From NCBI RefSeq assembly GCF_009914755.1, contig NC_060943.1: a stretch of DNA of 64,000 nucleotides. One strand, 5' to 3'. The number at the start of each line of letters is the position of its first letter. Within the stretch, counting starts at the first letter, position 1. The notes under the pieces are model-generated. The model was not told the origin of the DNA. It was given only the letters and a program-made list of their open reading frames with translations, and did not search any database. Shown here in pieces: positions 13,744-27,843 of the stretch. Source of the stretch: the human T2T-CHM13v2.0 reference genome, Homo sapiens. The translations under genes were made by a program, and so were the position numbers.

Positions 13744-14604
13744 GTGCCCTCATTGCTCTGGGACAAGGGTGGGATGTTGGCTGGGGGCTGGGACTCAGGA
13801 GCCAGCCCTCCCTCCAGAGGGGAAGCAGAGCCAGAAGGGGAGGGATAAGCCAGGAACTAGGTTGTCAGGGATCATCTGGGGCAGACAGATCAGCCCCCAG
13901 GACCTGAAGCTGATGGGAGCAAGAGAGGGTTTAGAGTCGGCCATGGTTCTAAATAGCTGTGGGGTTTCTTCTAGCAACTTCCCTTCTCTTTGTGTTTATA
14001 AGGGATATTAAGGTTTACCTAGAGGGACAGGTAAAAAAATGAGAGGTCTGCATGTCAATTCCTGGTACATAGTCATCCTTTGCTACCAAGTGAAGTTGGG
14101 GAAACAGGTATCAGCGGTGAACTATGCAGGGAGAAGAGATTGGGCAGTGGGATGGTTAAGGTCTGGGTTCAAACCCCAGCTCTGCTACCTGTAGGCTAGG
14201 TTACCTTGGGTAGGTCACTTCTCCTCATAGCTCATCCTCAGCCCAGCTGAAGAATGAACGGAGCAACAACTGCCTGAAGGGTGATGTGGGGATTAGAGAC
14301 ACGTCTTGGAGGAAAAGGGGACTTGCAGCATTCTCAGCATAGAGTAGACCAGAGTTTCTCAACCTCAGCACTATCAGCATTGGGACCATAATTCTCTGAT
14401 GGGGAAGAGGAGGTAGTAAGGCTGTCCTGTGCATTGTGGGACATTTAGCCGCATAACTGGCCTTTTTCCATTAGATGCTAGTGGTAACAACCACCACCAC
14501 CCCAGTTCAGAAAACCAAAAATGTCTCTAGACACTATGAAGATCACATGGGAGGCAACTTTGCCCTGGTTGAGAGTCAGTGGAGTAGATGTTAGAAAGTG
14601 CAGT

Positions 14605-14950
14605 GATGCTTGGGAGGATGATGACGTTAATGATGGAGATAATGGTACCAATGGTGATGGTGGTGATTATAGTGGGAATGGCAATGATGATGTAGATTAA
14701 TAGTGGAAATGGCATTATTGTGATGGTGATGATGGTGATGATAGTAATAGTGGTGGTGGTGATAGTGGTGATGATGATGATGACAAAGATGATGGTAGTG
14801 TTGCTAGTGATGGTGACATTGGTAGTGATGATGACAATGGTGATGATGATGGCCATAATGGTGACAATAGTATTATGGTGATGATGTTGGTGATGGTGGT
14901 GCTAATGATGACGGTAGCAAATGCAGTGCTGATGGTGATGATTATGATGA
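14605..14950. repeat. Degenerate (GAT/GGT)n trinucleotide low-complexity tract
   Basis: Seen directly; source of the I/T-rich spurious ORFs. Confidence 0.9.
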
Positions 14951-15300
14951 AGCACAATGCCTATATTTTTCTGTGAGCTCTGGGGTGACAGGCAGGCCTC
15001 TGAGCCTTAAAAACAATCCTAGACCAAGGGTGCAGCTGGGTCAGCAGGTTGCATCATTGTGCCCGGAGGAAGCTGTTTCTTAGGGGATTTTCCAAGGTCA
15101 GGGACCGCATCTCCTTCCTACTAAGACTGTAGTAGGAGCAGCCGATGGAACTACTTGAGCCCCCTGGTCTAGGAAGGAGAGCCCTCATCTCTAGGGGCCA
15201 GTCTCCTTCACCTGAGATCAACATGCCTAGTGACAGCTCAGTCCTCAAGGACTCTCACATATGCCTAGGTGTCCTGCAGAACAAAACTTTTGTTTATTGA

Positions 15301-16415
<1,115 letters not shown>

Positions 16416-16881
16416 GTAAATAATCTGTGAAGAAAAGGCCTGTAACATGAATTAACCAATATGGTAGCCACTAGTCATACGTGACTAAGTTTAAAATGAA
16501 TTAAAATTAAATAAGTAAAAAATCCAGCTCCTCAGTCACACCAGCTCATGGCTATGAGATTGGACGGTGCCAATATAGACCATTTCGTCATTGCCAAAAG
16601 TTCTACCGGACAGCACTGCTGTAAACCAATTATGTAGAATGTTCTTAAAGAGTAAAAACAAAACCAAACAAAACCAGAAAAAGTAGAAAGAGACAACCAC
16701 TAGTCCCTCCTCTGTCCCTCACCCCAACCCCAGGAACTATGCTGCATGGGAAGAGAAGAGAGCTCGAGGTGGAAACAGAATTCTCATATTCAGGGAAGAG
16801 CAGAGAAAAGGGGATTGCAAAAGCAGATGGAGAGAGTGGCCATGACATAGTGGGGAGGGGCTCAGGTCAAGGGCAGAAACA

Positions 16882-18473
16882 GAATGATATGATGGTATTA
16901 ATAACAATCTCTGAGATTTTATGATGTGCTTACTGTGTACCAACCCTTGTTCCAAGGTATTTACTAGTAAGAGCTTACTTTATCCCCATAGGAGATATCC
17001 CTGTGAGGTTGGGACCAGTATTAGTTCCATTTTACACATAGCAAGTAAAGCACAGACAGGCTGACTCCCTGCTATCTCACTGTATGGTCAATGTTGTAGG
17101 CTCCTTTGCTAAGGGACCATGTAATAATCATAAATAGGTTCAATATCTAAATACAAGACCTCGCCTGGGAGGTCAGCGAGGTCTTGGAAATGCAGGGTTG
17201 TTGGCTAGTCTTCAAGAGAGGTCTCAAGACAAAAGGTCTCAGAGAATTCAGCTGAGAAGGGGTGGGCCCCTGCCTTAGGGTGGGCTCCTCCCTGGGGGCA
17301 GGCCCCTCCTGGACCTGGAACCACATTCTTCACAAGGGCTGCAGAAGGTGCCAGAGTTTGGAGTGGGGCAGGGAACTCATGTGGACAGGGCTCCAGAATC
17401 CCTCCTCATTCCCCTAAGAGCAGGGCCATTTCTGTTTTACGGAATGGATTCCATCCAGGGGTGCATTTTTGCTTTTGTGGGCCCTCCTCTAGAAAAATAT
17501 TAAAAATTATATTTTACGACTATCTTGATATAAACATGTATAAAATATAGGGTGGGTTGTATTCAGTTTTTTTCCTTCTGATTTTAGAAGAAATTGAAAC
17601 ATTTTTGTGATCCCTAAAAGTATAATGGGCCTTAGTGCTTCTGTCCATAATGATCCTGCTTCCACTCGAATTTCTTCAGACGAAAAGTTTCCAGGGGTTT
17701 CTATCCTTGTGTTCAAAGTCATTGATGGAGACTGAATGAGGGACAAATGAATGAGTCACTGAGGTTGACTTAATGTCAACCTCATCATCCAAAGTGAAAT
17801 TTTGGATGATTAGGTTGACATTAAGTCAACCTCAGTGACTCATTCATTTGTCTCTCATTCAGTTTCTCGGTCCCCCCACATTTCACCAAGCTCCTGGCTT
17901 TATTCTTGGGCCTCTGATGAACAAAAGATGAACAAACTGCTTTCCCTGCCCCCAGTAATATCACAGCTACCACGATCCAGCCCCCTCTTTCAGCTCCCCT
18001 TCTCCCTCCCCAAAAGATCACCCTGGAGTTACTCATATTTTAATCATGATTGGATCTGGATACCACCCAAAAGGCACAGGAGTGGCATTTCCTAGAATAA
18101 ATGGTGGGGCAAGAGGGAGCTGAGGAGACACACAGCATACGTGTATGCGTTTTCACTATGTTATCTAAAGATTTTAGAAGATACATCTTCAATTATCTTA
18201 ATATTTAGATATTGAGCCTATTTATGATTATTATATGGTCCCTTCACCAAGGAGCCTACAATGTCGACCATACAGTGAGATAGCAGGCAATCGGCCTGAC
18301 TGTGCTTTACTTGCCATGTGTAAAATGGAACTAACACTGGTCCAAACCTCACAGGGATATCTCCTATGGGGATAAAGTAAGCTCTTAGTAGTAATTACCT
18401 TGGAAGAAGGGTTGGTACACAGTAAGCACTTCATAAAATCTCAGATATTATTATTAATGCCATCATATTATTC
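16882..18473. repeat. Inverted repeat pair, arms 16882-17153 and 18202-18473 (MIR-derived)
   Basis: Arms are reverse complements, roughly 88-90% identical by eye. Confidence 0.9.
17728..17866. repeat. Near-perfect palindrome, 66-bp arms and 7-nt spacer
   Basis: 63/66 Watson-Crick matches. Confidence 0.95.
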
Positions 18474-19207
18474 AATGTGCAATTCTAAACTGATTGTGAT
18501 AAACTCAAGAAAGTTCAAGGGTATTTCAAAGAGTGTATCTGAATCACCTCATCTTCCACCACCTGGAAGAACCCCCCTGGCCTGGCAGAACCACCTCCAC
18601 GCCACTGTCCCATTCCTTTCAAAGGCGCCATGTTCTCTATGGTCTGGGGCCTCCCCTCCGATATGAGAGCAGGGATCTGGAATCAGAGAAGCCAGTTTGG
18701 GAATATTGGCCTCTGTTATGTTCTGGCTGTGTGACCTGGGGCAAGTAACATCACCTCTCTGGACCCTCATTTCTTCATCTGCAAATGGGTTAAAGTATCT
18801 GTCTTGCTTGGCTGTTGGGAGGGTTAAAGATAACCCTGTCATAAGTTATAGTGCCTGGCATATAATTGGTATGAAGTAAATTACTGTTATTACCTCCATC
18901 ATTGTTGTGATCCCTCATAATTAGGCCAACAGTGCCCACTCCTTCCTCAGCTTCACCCGGCCTCTTTCTCCCCACACAGTGGCATCTTCCTCCAGTGCCC
19001 TCGGAAATCTTTAAAAGTATGGAGATGTTGAGGACTCTCGGTGCAGAGGTGCAGCCCTCAGACCATCTCCTCCATTGGGTCCCATGTGAGGAAGACTTAG
19101 GCTTGGACTTGGTGGGAAGTCGGGCCCCTTCACCTCTCTCTATCCAGGACTCTCCCATGTTTCTTAGGGACCTGAGATGTGGCTTCTTCCCTGATTTCTC
19201 CCCATAG

Positions 19208-19226
19208 GACAAATCGGGCTCCATGA
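19208..19226 (+). CDS. CEACAM18: CEACAM18 last coding exon (short tail RTNRAP*)
   Basis: ttctccccatag|G ACA AAT CGG GCT CCA TGA; phase 2 matches the TM-exon donor; matches the recalled C-terminus. Confidence 0.75.
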
Positions 19227-19779
19227 GTGTCCACCCCAGACCTGAGGACAAGACCAGAAGGGCAAGCAGGTGAGGAGAGGGTGATGGAGAAGGGCTGGGG
19301 GTCCCCATAGGGCCAGCGAGGCTGAAAAGGGTCCAGGGTCTCTTTGGAGGGTACTGGCAAGAGAGGGACCCAGCCCAGTCACACGGAAGCCTGGAGATGG
19401 AGGCTCCAGTAGGAGGTCTGCAGACCCCACCCGGGACCTGAAGATGATGTCGTGGGTAGCGTGGCCATTGGGCGCTTCATCTGCCAATCAGAGCTGGTCA
19501 ATGGGTTGCAGGTCGGGGCGGGCCATGCGCAAAGCTGGGCTCTAATTCCAAGCGCCTCCTCCCTCAGCTCCGGCGCTTCCAGCTTCTCAGATTTCTTCAC
19601 CCATGGAATCAACAGCGATGCTGTAAACTTATGGCCAAGGGGTGCCAATCAGTGGTTGTTCCACTCAGTGCCGAATGAGAGAAGAGACCTTAGAATCAGG
19701 CAGGGATTAAATTTCAGCCCTGCCCTGAGTACCGGAGCGACCTGAACGCAGCCCCAGTGAGGCTCCCTCACCTGGATGC

Positions 19780-20186
19780 ACCGTGGAACCATCGTCAGCA
19801 TGATTAGCACATCCGTCAGCTCAAATATTTAATTTTTTTTTTTTTTTTGGTGACAACATTTAAACTCCTCTCTTTTAGCCATTTTGAAATATTCAATACA
19901 TTATTCTGTTATTTGGAACAACACGGATGAACCTAGAGAACATTATGTTGAGTGAAATAAGCCAGGTACAGAGAGACAAACACTCTACGATCTCACTATA
20001 TTTGGAACCTAAAATAGTCGACCTCAGAGAAGTAGAGAAGAGAATGGTGGGTACCAGAGGCCGGGGGCGGGGAGTGTGGACCGATTGGATGGAGAAAGGG
20101 AGAGTTTGGTCATCAGGCACGCATTTTCAGTTTGACAAGAGGAATAAGTTCTGATGTCCTGTTGCACAGCATGGAGGGCTGTTAAT
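19780..20186. mobile_element. L1MA-type 3' end with internal inversion
   Basis: 19780-19905 antisense and 19906-20186 sense; adjacent in the recalled consensus. Confidence 0.65.
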
Positions 20187-20262
20187 TCTAAAGGAATCAG
20201 TCTCGGGCTTCTTTGCTGCAGGGGTCGTGAGCCCTCAAACAGGCCTGAGTCTCTGCAGTTTC

Positions 20263-20451
20263 TCACTTGGGGATGTTGATCTCGGAGTACTCATAGCCGA
20301 TGGCCTCCTGTTCCTGTGGGTACTGAGGCCTCGCTTTGTGGAAGCTGAGGGATGCATACTGGATCTCTCCTTCCTCTGGGGAGGGGGTGGCCAGGGCTGG
20401 CGGAGCATGGTGTGGGGGGCTGTCATCTGCCGGGGATTCAATCAGGGGTCC
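20263..20451 (-). CDS. SIGLEC12: SIGLEC12 last exon (ITIM + ITSM-like motif)
   Basis: GPLIESPADD...EIQYASLSFHK...GYEYSEINIPK*. Confidence 0.95.
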   Translation of the reverse strand, partial: GPLIESPADDSPPHHAPPALATPSPEEGEIQYASLSFHKARPQYPQEQEAIGYEYSEINIPK

Positions 20452-21084
20452 CTGAATGGAGGAAGAGAAGGGAGTCAGTGCAGAGCAGTGGGGCCAGCAT
20501 GCACCAGAGAGCATCCAGGAAGGAGGCCCAGGAGTTCCTTCCTCCATTCATCCCATGTGCACTTTGCTGAAATCTCTTTAATACGTTCCTCTAATGTCTA
20601 ATACTCAATTATCACCTTATGTGGTGTTTACTAATCTCATTAACTTCCAACAACAATTCCATAGTAAGATATTATTATTGTCTCCATTTTATAAATTTGA
20701 AAACTGAGGTAGAAATGGTTAAGTACCCTGCGCAAACTCCCTCTTATACCGGGACCCAATCCAGTCAGTTCCTTCTGACCCCAAAGCCTGGAGTCCTGCT
20801 GAGGCCTCCTGTGTGTGAGTTCCTGGGCTGGGTGCTGGATGGACTGTGGTGGACACGGTAGGCATGGGCTCTGACCCCCTGCATCTCACTCTTTAACTGA
20901 AGGAGGTGGCAATAAATGACTGCCAAACAAATGAATATCTATGTGTGAATTATGATAAGATGGGTAGGAAGAGGGCAAGTGAGAGAGAATTACAGGGCCT
21001 TGATTCAGACGTGGCACCTGCCCTTGAGAAGCTCACAGTTTGGTGGTGTGGGGAAGACAAGTCAATAAAATAAATTATATCCCT

Positions 21085-21565
21085 CTTATAGGAAGAATAA
21101 TGACCCCTCCAAAATGTCCATGCCCTAATCCCCTGGAACCTGTTGATCTGTTACCTTACATGGCTAAAGGGGCTTTACAGATGGAATTAGGTTAAGGATA
21201 TCGAGATGGGGAAATTATCCTGGATTACTTGGGTGGGCCCAGTGGAATCACAGGGGTCCTTACAAGTAGTGAAAGGAGGAGGGCATAGATAGATTGGAAG
21301 ATGCCAGGCTGCTTGACTTGCAGACAGAGGGAGGGTCCTGAGCCAAGGAATGCAGGTGCCTCTAGAAGCTGGAAAAGGTGAGAAAGCGCATCCTCCCCTG
21401 GATCTTCCAGAAGGAACTGGCCCTGCCTGCCAATGCCTTGATTTTAGCCCAGTGACACCCATTTTGGGCTTGTGACCTTCAGAACTTTAAGTTAATCCAT
21501 GTTTGTTGTTTGAAGCCAGGAAATGTGTGGCAATTTGTCACAGCAGCCACAGGAAACTAATATAG
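21085..21565 (+). mobile_element. MLT1 (MaLR) solo LTR
   Basis: GGAAATTATCCTGGATTA...CAGCAGCCACAGGAAACTAATA motifs. Confidence 0.8.
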
Positions 21566-22779
21566 ACTCACACGGTGGAGAGTGACAGAGGCTGCCTGGG
21601 AGGCTTCTCCTTCATCTCTGAACTTCCCTGCTACTCCCCTGCACAGCAGATGCTCCATGGAACTGTTTGTGATTTCACTCCCCCATTCTGTCTTGATTAC
21701 TCAAATTAACATTCACACACACACCACATCTCAGCACTGCTGTTATCAAGGTCACCATGACCACTGCTTGGCTGAGTCCAAATGTCCGTCTTGCAGTCTT
21801 CTCCTTCTTGGACTTCACAGCAGCAGAGGACCCAGCTGCTCACCTTCCCTACACAGAAGCCCTTCTTGACTTAACTACAGGACATCGTGCTTTCTGGCTC
21901 CATCTTACCTTCTTGGCAGCCCTTTTGCTAGATGCTCCACATCTCCCTGACCCTAAATATCAGAGCAGCCCTGAGCTCTTCTTTACTTTTGCTTTGCAAT
22001 CTCATCCACTGTGTTGTCTTCATGCCATCAATAAACTGACGACTTCCAAATTTACACCCAGCCCTCTCCCCTCTGCTGACTATAGTCCTTGATCCAATAG
22101 TATACTTCAAACCCACACATCTTGTCGAAAGGCACACAAAATGCAACCTATTCTATCTGAACTCCTCCTTTTTTCCCCCAGATCTCTTTTTTTGCACAAT
22201 CTTTTCTGCCTCAATGACTGACCCCTCCATTCTACCCATGGATTGGGGCAAAAATCTGGAAGTCTTCTTGCTCCCTCTCTGTCATTCACATTGTACACCC
22301 AATCTATTGGCAATTCTCATAAGTCTAACTTCAGAATTTACCCATAAGACAGCCATGTCCACCACCACTGCCATCTTGGTTCCAGCCAGCACCACTTCCT
22401 GCCTGAGATGTTCACCAGCCTCCTCTCTATCTTCTCTGCTCTGTCTTTCCTCTACCACACACAGTCTCTTCTGCACACAACAGCCAGAGGGATCCCATGA
22501 AAATAAAAGTTAATCATGGTCTCTTGCACAAAACTCTCCAAATGCTCACAGTGCCCTGTGCAGCCAGACACGATTCACACACAGGCTCAACTTCTCCAAA
22601 GTCATTTCCTGTTCTTGGCCTTGCTTCCCTCTGTCTAATCACACAGACGTCCTTGTGGATCCTCTCACTGGTCCCTCCTGTGCCTGAGCCTCACCCTGTT
22701 CTTCCCTCTGTCTGGAGTGCTCTTCAATCTCACAGTCAGTGTCAGATCTGAGCCTCCTTCATTCCTGTGCTCAAACATC

Positions 22780-23735
22780 ACTAACAGAAACACAAGTCAT
22801 CCTACAGAATGGTAGAAAATATTTTCAAGCCATACATCTGAAAAAAGTTTTAATATCCAGAATATATTAAAAAAATTCTTAGAACTCAACAGCAGAGAAA
22901 CAACACAGTTTCAAAAATAGGCTTAAACTCTGATAGACTTTCTCTAAAGGTGATATACAAATCAAAAGAAGCATATGAAAACATCACTAATTATTAGAAA
23001 ATGCAAATCAAAGCCTTAATGAGATATCACCTCACACGCGTTAGGATGGCCACTGTCAAAAACAAACGAAAACCAAAAAGTAACAAGCGTTGGTGAGGAT
23101 GTGGAGAAATGGGAACCCTTGTGTGACATTTGTGGGAATGTAAAATAGTGTAGCCACTGTGGAAAACAGTATGGCAGTTCCTTAAGATATTAAAAAACAG
23201 AATAATCTTAGAGTCCAGAAACCCTACTTGTGGATATACACCCAAAAGAATTAAAAGCAGGATATTGAAAAGATATTTGCATGCCCATGCTCACGGCAGC
23301 ATTATTCACAATAACCAAGAGGTGGAAGCAACCCAAGTGTACATCAACAGATAAATGGATAAAGAAAATGCGGTAAACATACACACAATGCAATATTAAT
23401 TACCCTTTAAAAAGAAGGAAATCTTGTCACACCTTACAATGTGGGTGAACCTTGAGGATATTTGTTAAGTAAATCGTCCAGTCACAAGATGAGCAATACT
23501 GTATGATTTCACTTATATGAGGTATCTAGAATAGTCAAATTCATAGGAAAATAAAGTAAAATTGGTGATTTCCAGTGGCTGCAGGAGGATGAAGAGGATG
23601 GGAGGGAAAGGGCGGAGTTATTGTTCAACGAATGTGGAGTTTCAGTTTTGCAAGATAAAAGGGTTCTAGAGATCTAGCACAACCATAAACTTAATAAAGT
23701 TGAGGTGGTAAATTTTATGTTATGTGTTATTTTCC
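22780..23735 (+). mobile_element. L1M 3' region (ORF2 end/3' UTR)
   Basis: GAAAATGCAAATCAAA...GCAGCATTATTCACAATAACCAAGAGGTGGAAGCAACCC. Confidence 0.85.
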
Positions 23736-23740
23736 ACCGT

Positions 23741-24150
23741 AGATGGCTGGATGGATGGATGGGTGGATGGATGGATGGACGGGTGGGTGGGTGGATGGAT
23801 GGATGGATGGATGGATGGATGGACGGACGGGTGGGTGGGTGGATGGATGGATGGATGGATGGATGGATGGACGGGTGGGTGGGTGGATGGATGGATGGAT
23901 GGATGGATGGATGGATGGACGGACGGACGGGTGGGTGGATGGATGGATGGATGGATGGATGGATGGATGGATGGATGGACAGACGGGTGGGTGGATGGAT
24001 GGATGGATGGATGGATGGATGGATGGGTGGGTGGGTGGGTGGATGGATGGATGGATGGATGGATGGATGGACTGACGGGTGGGTGGGTGGTTGGATGGAT
24101 GGACGGACGGACAGACGGACAGATGGATGGATGGATGAATGGTTGGATGA
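23741..24150. repeat. (GGAT)n/(GGGT) compound tandem repeat in SIGLEC12 last intron
   Basis: Seen directly; gives MDGW/HPSI spurious ORFs. Confidence 0.95.
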
Positions 24151-24812
24151 ATAAACAAAAATAAACCCACAAGCCTTCTCCTTGGAACTTCCTATTTCTT
24201 CTACATTGCATTTTCCCTAAAGCATATATCTATCTTTATATTTTATTCATTTGTTGTTTTATTAGTTTTGATTAGTTGATTGGTTTGGCCATATCCCTCT
24301 GTATAGAATTAAACTTCGATGAGCCCAAGACTTTTAAATGTTTTCCACAGATGGGTCGCTGGCATCTTCTCTTAGGAGATGCTCTATAACTTTTCCTGAA
24401 TGAATTAATGAATGAAGGGATGGATGTTACTCTGCTACTCGAAACCTTCCACAGGCTTCCAGTCACATTCAATACAATCAATAAATGATGAGTGTAATAT
24501 TTATATCAGGGCATGAAGGATGAATAGGAATCAGGGAGTGGGGAGAAAAAAGCATCTGAGGAGGAGGAACAGCCAATGTGAAGACGTAGAGACACAAATA
24601 ACCTTGTTGGTGATGACACTGGAGTCCAGCGTTGATGGAGCATGGAGCAGAGGCAGGAGTGGCTGGAGGCGGGGCTGGGATTGGAGCAAAGCCAGGGAAG
24701 CCCTTACCCAGAGCACAAAATTAAAAGGGTGCCCCAAATCTCAGCAATGAAGATGAATACAATTTTAACACAATATTTAAAAAATCAAAATTAATATAAA
24801 AAGTCCATGGAA

Positions 24813-25115
<303 letters not shown>

Positions 25116-25505
25116 AAAACAAAAAATTCCTGGAGAACAAAGATTTAAATAAACCCAGATTAGTGACAGTGCTCTGCTGAGCCAAATGGAACTTGAAGCA
25201 AAAGCTATTCAACGTGCAGAGGAAGCAGACAGTGATGGCTGTGGAACGTCCCTCCAGGCCGGGAAGGGGAGGCAAGAGGCAGGGAGGTGAGGAGGTCCCA
25301 GACAGAGATCCAGAGGCTTCAGCAGTGAGAGGGGTCAGGATGGGATGGGGAGGGCAATGAAAGCTGTTCTTAGGAGGAAAAAGTGGACAGGACGTGATTT
25401 TTCGGCTGTAGGGGAAGAAAGGAAGGACAGTGAGGAAGTAATCCCCTTCCATGCCTGGCCTGGGAGAAAGCAGGGGAGAAGGGCTGTGATTCAATGCTCA
25501 CTCAC

Positions 25506-25602
25506 CTGAGAGGCTGAGCCCCTGACAGCGTTTGCGTCCTCCATGCCTGTATCCCCCACGCCCACTGCTGGCCTTGCCGATTTCTTCCTGCAGGACCTCA
25601 CT
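25506..25602 (-). CDS. SIGLEC12: SIGLEC12 juxtamembrane cytoplasmic exon
   Basis: VRSCRKKSARPAVGVGDTGMEDANAVRGSASQ; 97 nt, CAG|GTGAGT. Confidence 0.94.
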
Positions 25603-25974
25603 CTGAGTGAAGAGACCAGAGAGCCTTTCAGTGTGGTCAGATCGGGGTGCAGTGGGCAGACCAACCCCTGCCCTGTATTTCCTATTGGGGAGCTGGAGGG
25701 GTAACTGAGGCGGGAGGGGAGTGGTCCCATTCCAGAGACCCCAATGTCGAAAACAGAGGCTCTTTTTTCCTGGGCAGTAGGGTCTGAGGTTTGCCACAGA
25801 CATGGAGCTCCACAAACAGGGGCGCTCATGAAATTCTTACCATGCACCCATGACCTCATTCTGGCCCTTGCTTCAAGCTCTTGACCCATCCAGGTCCTTC
25901 CAGGTCTGGCTTCAGGGATTTTGTTCCCAGCCTGCCCTCCCCCAAGGCTCTTCCTCCCCAGGGTCAATGCTCAC

Positions 25975-26071
25975 ACAACGAAGATGATGCAGAAGGACAG
26001 GAAGACCAGGGCTGTGGCTCCAGCTCCCCCGAATGCCCCTAGCATCACTCCTGATATAGGCCTCATTTTGC
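25975..26071 (-). CDS. SIGLEC12: SIGLEC12 transmembrane exon
   Basis: GKMRPISGVMLGAFGGAGATALVFLSFCIIFV; 97 nt. Confidence 0.94.
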
Positions 26072-26643
26072 CTGAGGATGGATTGGAGTTGTTTTGGGGT
26101 TTACCCTCCAAGAACTGGGCCTCTTCTCCTCCCACTGCCTGTAGGGCCCCAGACTTGGGTACCCCAGTCCCGCTTCCCGGACAGAAAGAACAAGGACGGA
26201 AGGGAACTTCTCCTGAGGTCACTGAGGCATGAGAGTGCTGGGTGCAGTCTGCCTTTATTTAAAATTTTGATTAGTTTTCACCATGGAATTATTTTACAAT
26301 AATTTTTAATTTTCGAAAAGATAATCACATGGCAAGATTATTTCTCTTGCTTGCTGAGTTGTTTTATTTTTGGTTCTTAAATTGTGTGCCCAAAGTGAGT
26401 GCCTCACTTGCCTCACACTAGTCCAGGCACTGGAAAGCAAGGCCCTTGTATCCCCAAACACACTTGTCCAGGCCCCAGCTCCTCCCCTCCAAGATTAACT
26501 CCTCCCCTCTCCCCACCCCGCACTCACTGCTTGGCAGCAAGAGGACTGTGATGCTGTGGGTTGCAGGGAAATTCCAGGTCTCCCAGCTGGACCCTGAGGG
26601 TGGGACATGTGTGTTCTCCTCCTCCAGACCCTCCCCTACCCAC

Positions 26644-26913
26644 CTGTGTACTCGTTTTGCAGGGAGAGGCTCAGGGAAATGTGCTGGGAGCCTAGAGGGT
26701 TCTGAGCTCGGCAGGTGAATTCCCCTTCATCCTTCACATGCACTCGAGGCAGCTCCAGCACCCCAAGGTTCGAGGACTGTGAGGGGCTCAGGGTCAGGCT
26801 CCCCCAGGTCCAGCTCAGCCTGGCAGGGGGATTGCTGTCGACAGCACAGACAAGGTACAGGGACTGGCCCTCCAGGACTGAAAGGGCCGAGCCATTCCTC
26901 AAGGTTGTGGATG
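26644..26913 (-). CDS. SIGLEC12: SIGLEC12 C2-set 2 exon
   Basis: ASTTLRNGSALSVLEGQSL...EGEFTCRAQNPLGSQHISLSLSLQNEYT; 270 nt. Confidence 0.95.
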
Positions 26914-27795
26914 CTGTAGAGAAAGAGACAGAAGGGCAGAGAGAGACAAAGTGATCGAGGCAGGGAGGAAGGATACAGAAAGAGAGTGGTGAATGGAACA
27001 GACACTGATACATGCTGAATTGTAGGGACATATGCACGTTCACTGCTCACTGTTGGGGATGTAAACTTGTCCATCTTTAATTAGAACAATTTCACTCTAT
27101 CTTTCAAAATCAGAAAGACATATGACACTGCTATATTTTGCTTTTAGGACTTTATTCCATACACTTAGATATTCCTTGTGGGAGTAGATACAACAATATT
27201 CATTGCAGTGTTTGTGCTGTAGGATAAAATTAGTGCCATGATCTTCCATTAGAAGATGCCACAAAATCAGAGACTATTCAGACAGTGGAATGACACACAG
27301 CCCTAGAGGAGGGTGCAAACAGTCTCACTACTGACATCAAACCACCTCTGAGATCTTCCAGGTGCACAAACCAAGGCTCAGGACAGCCTGGACAGACCCT
27401 GGTCGATTCTGGGGACAGACTCTGCTGTGCATTATAAATTTTTGCCCATGTGACTATAGTATGTATCCAAAAGAATATACCTCAGAACTATTGGTGAAAA
27501 TAAAAGGATGAGGCAATATTCAGGAGCTGGAAGATAAGAGTCCTCAAATCCTTGAGCTGCTGTGTGAATGTCCCTCTACCCTTGCTGTGGGGCCAAAATA
27601 GGTGTGTGTGTGGAGGAGTTCAAGGGGAGTGAAGGGGTGATGAGAAGGTGCTCAGGTGGCCAAAAGGCTGAGGCTGAGGGAGGGGGGGCCCGGGGCTCAC
27701 CCACAAAAGGGTCTCAGGTCACCAGGGTGAGTCCTGGCTCTCCCCTGAGTTGAAGGCTCTGCTCCTCCAGCCCCAGGGAGAGGACTCCATCTTAC

Positions 27796-27843
27796 CTGTG
27801 CCATCTCCTTGGAAGACAGTCATGGTCAAGTTCTGAGGAGGAT
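27796..27843 (-). CDS. SIGLEC12: SIGLEC12 linker exon
   Basis: 48-nt YPPQNLTMTVFQGDGT with AG/GT. Confidence 0.93.

Noticed and set aside
14527-14957. Hydrophobic Ile/Thr-rich ORFs
   Set aside because: Translation of trinucleotide low-complexity DNA
19221-19230. CC|ATGAGT at the CEACAM18 stop as a second dead donor
   Set aside because: No downstream exon identifiable; easily coincidental with a TGA stop
23705-24211. Long MDGW/HPSI-repeat ORFs
   Set aside because: Translation of the (GGAT)n repeat
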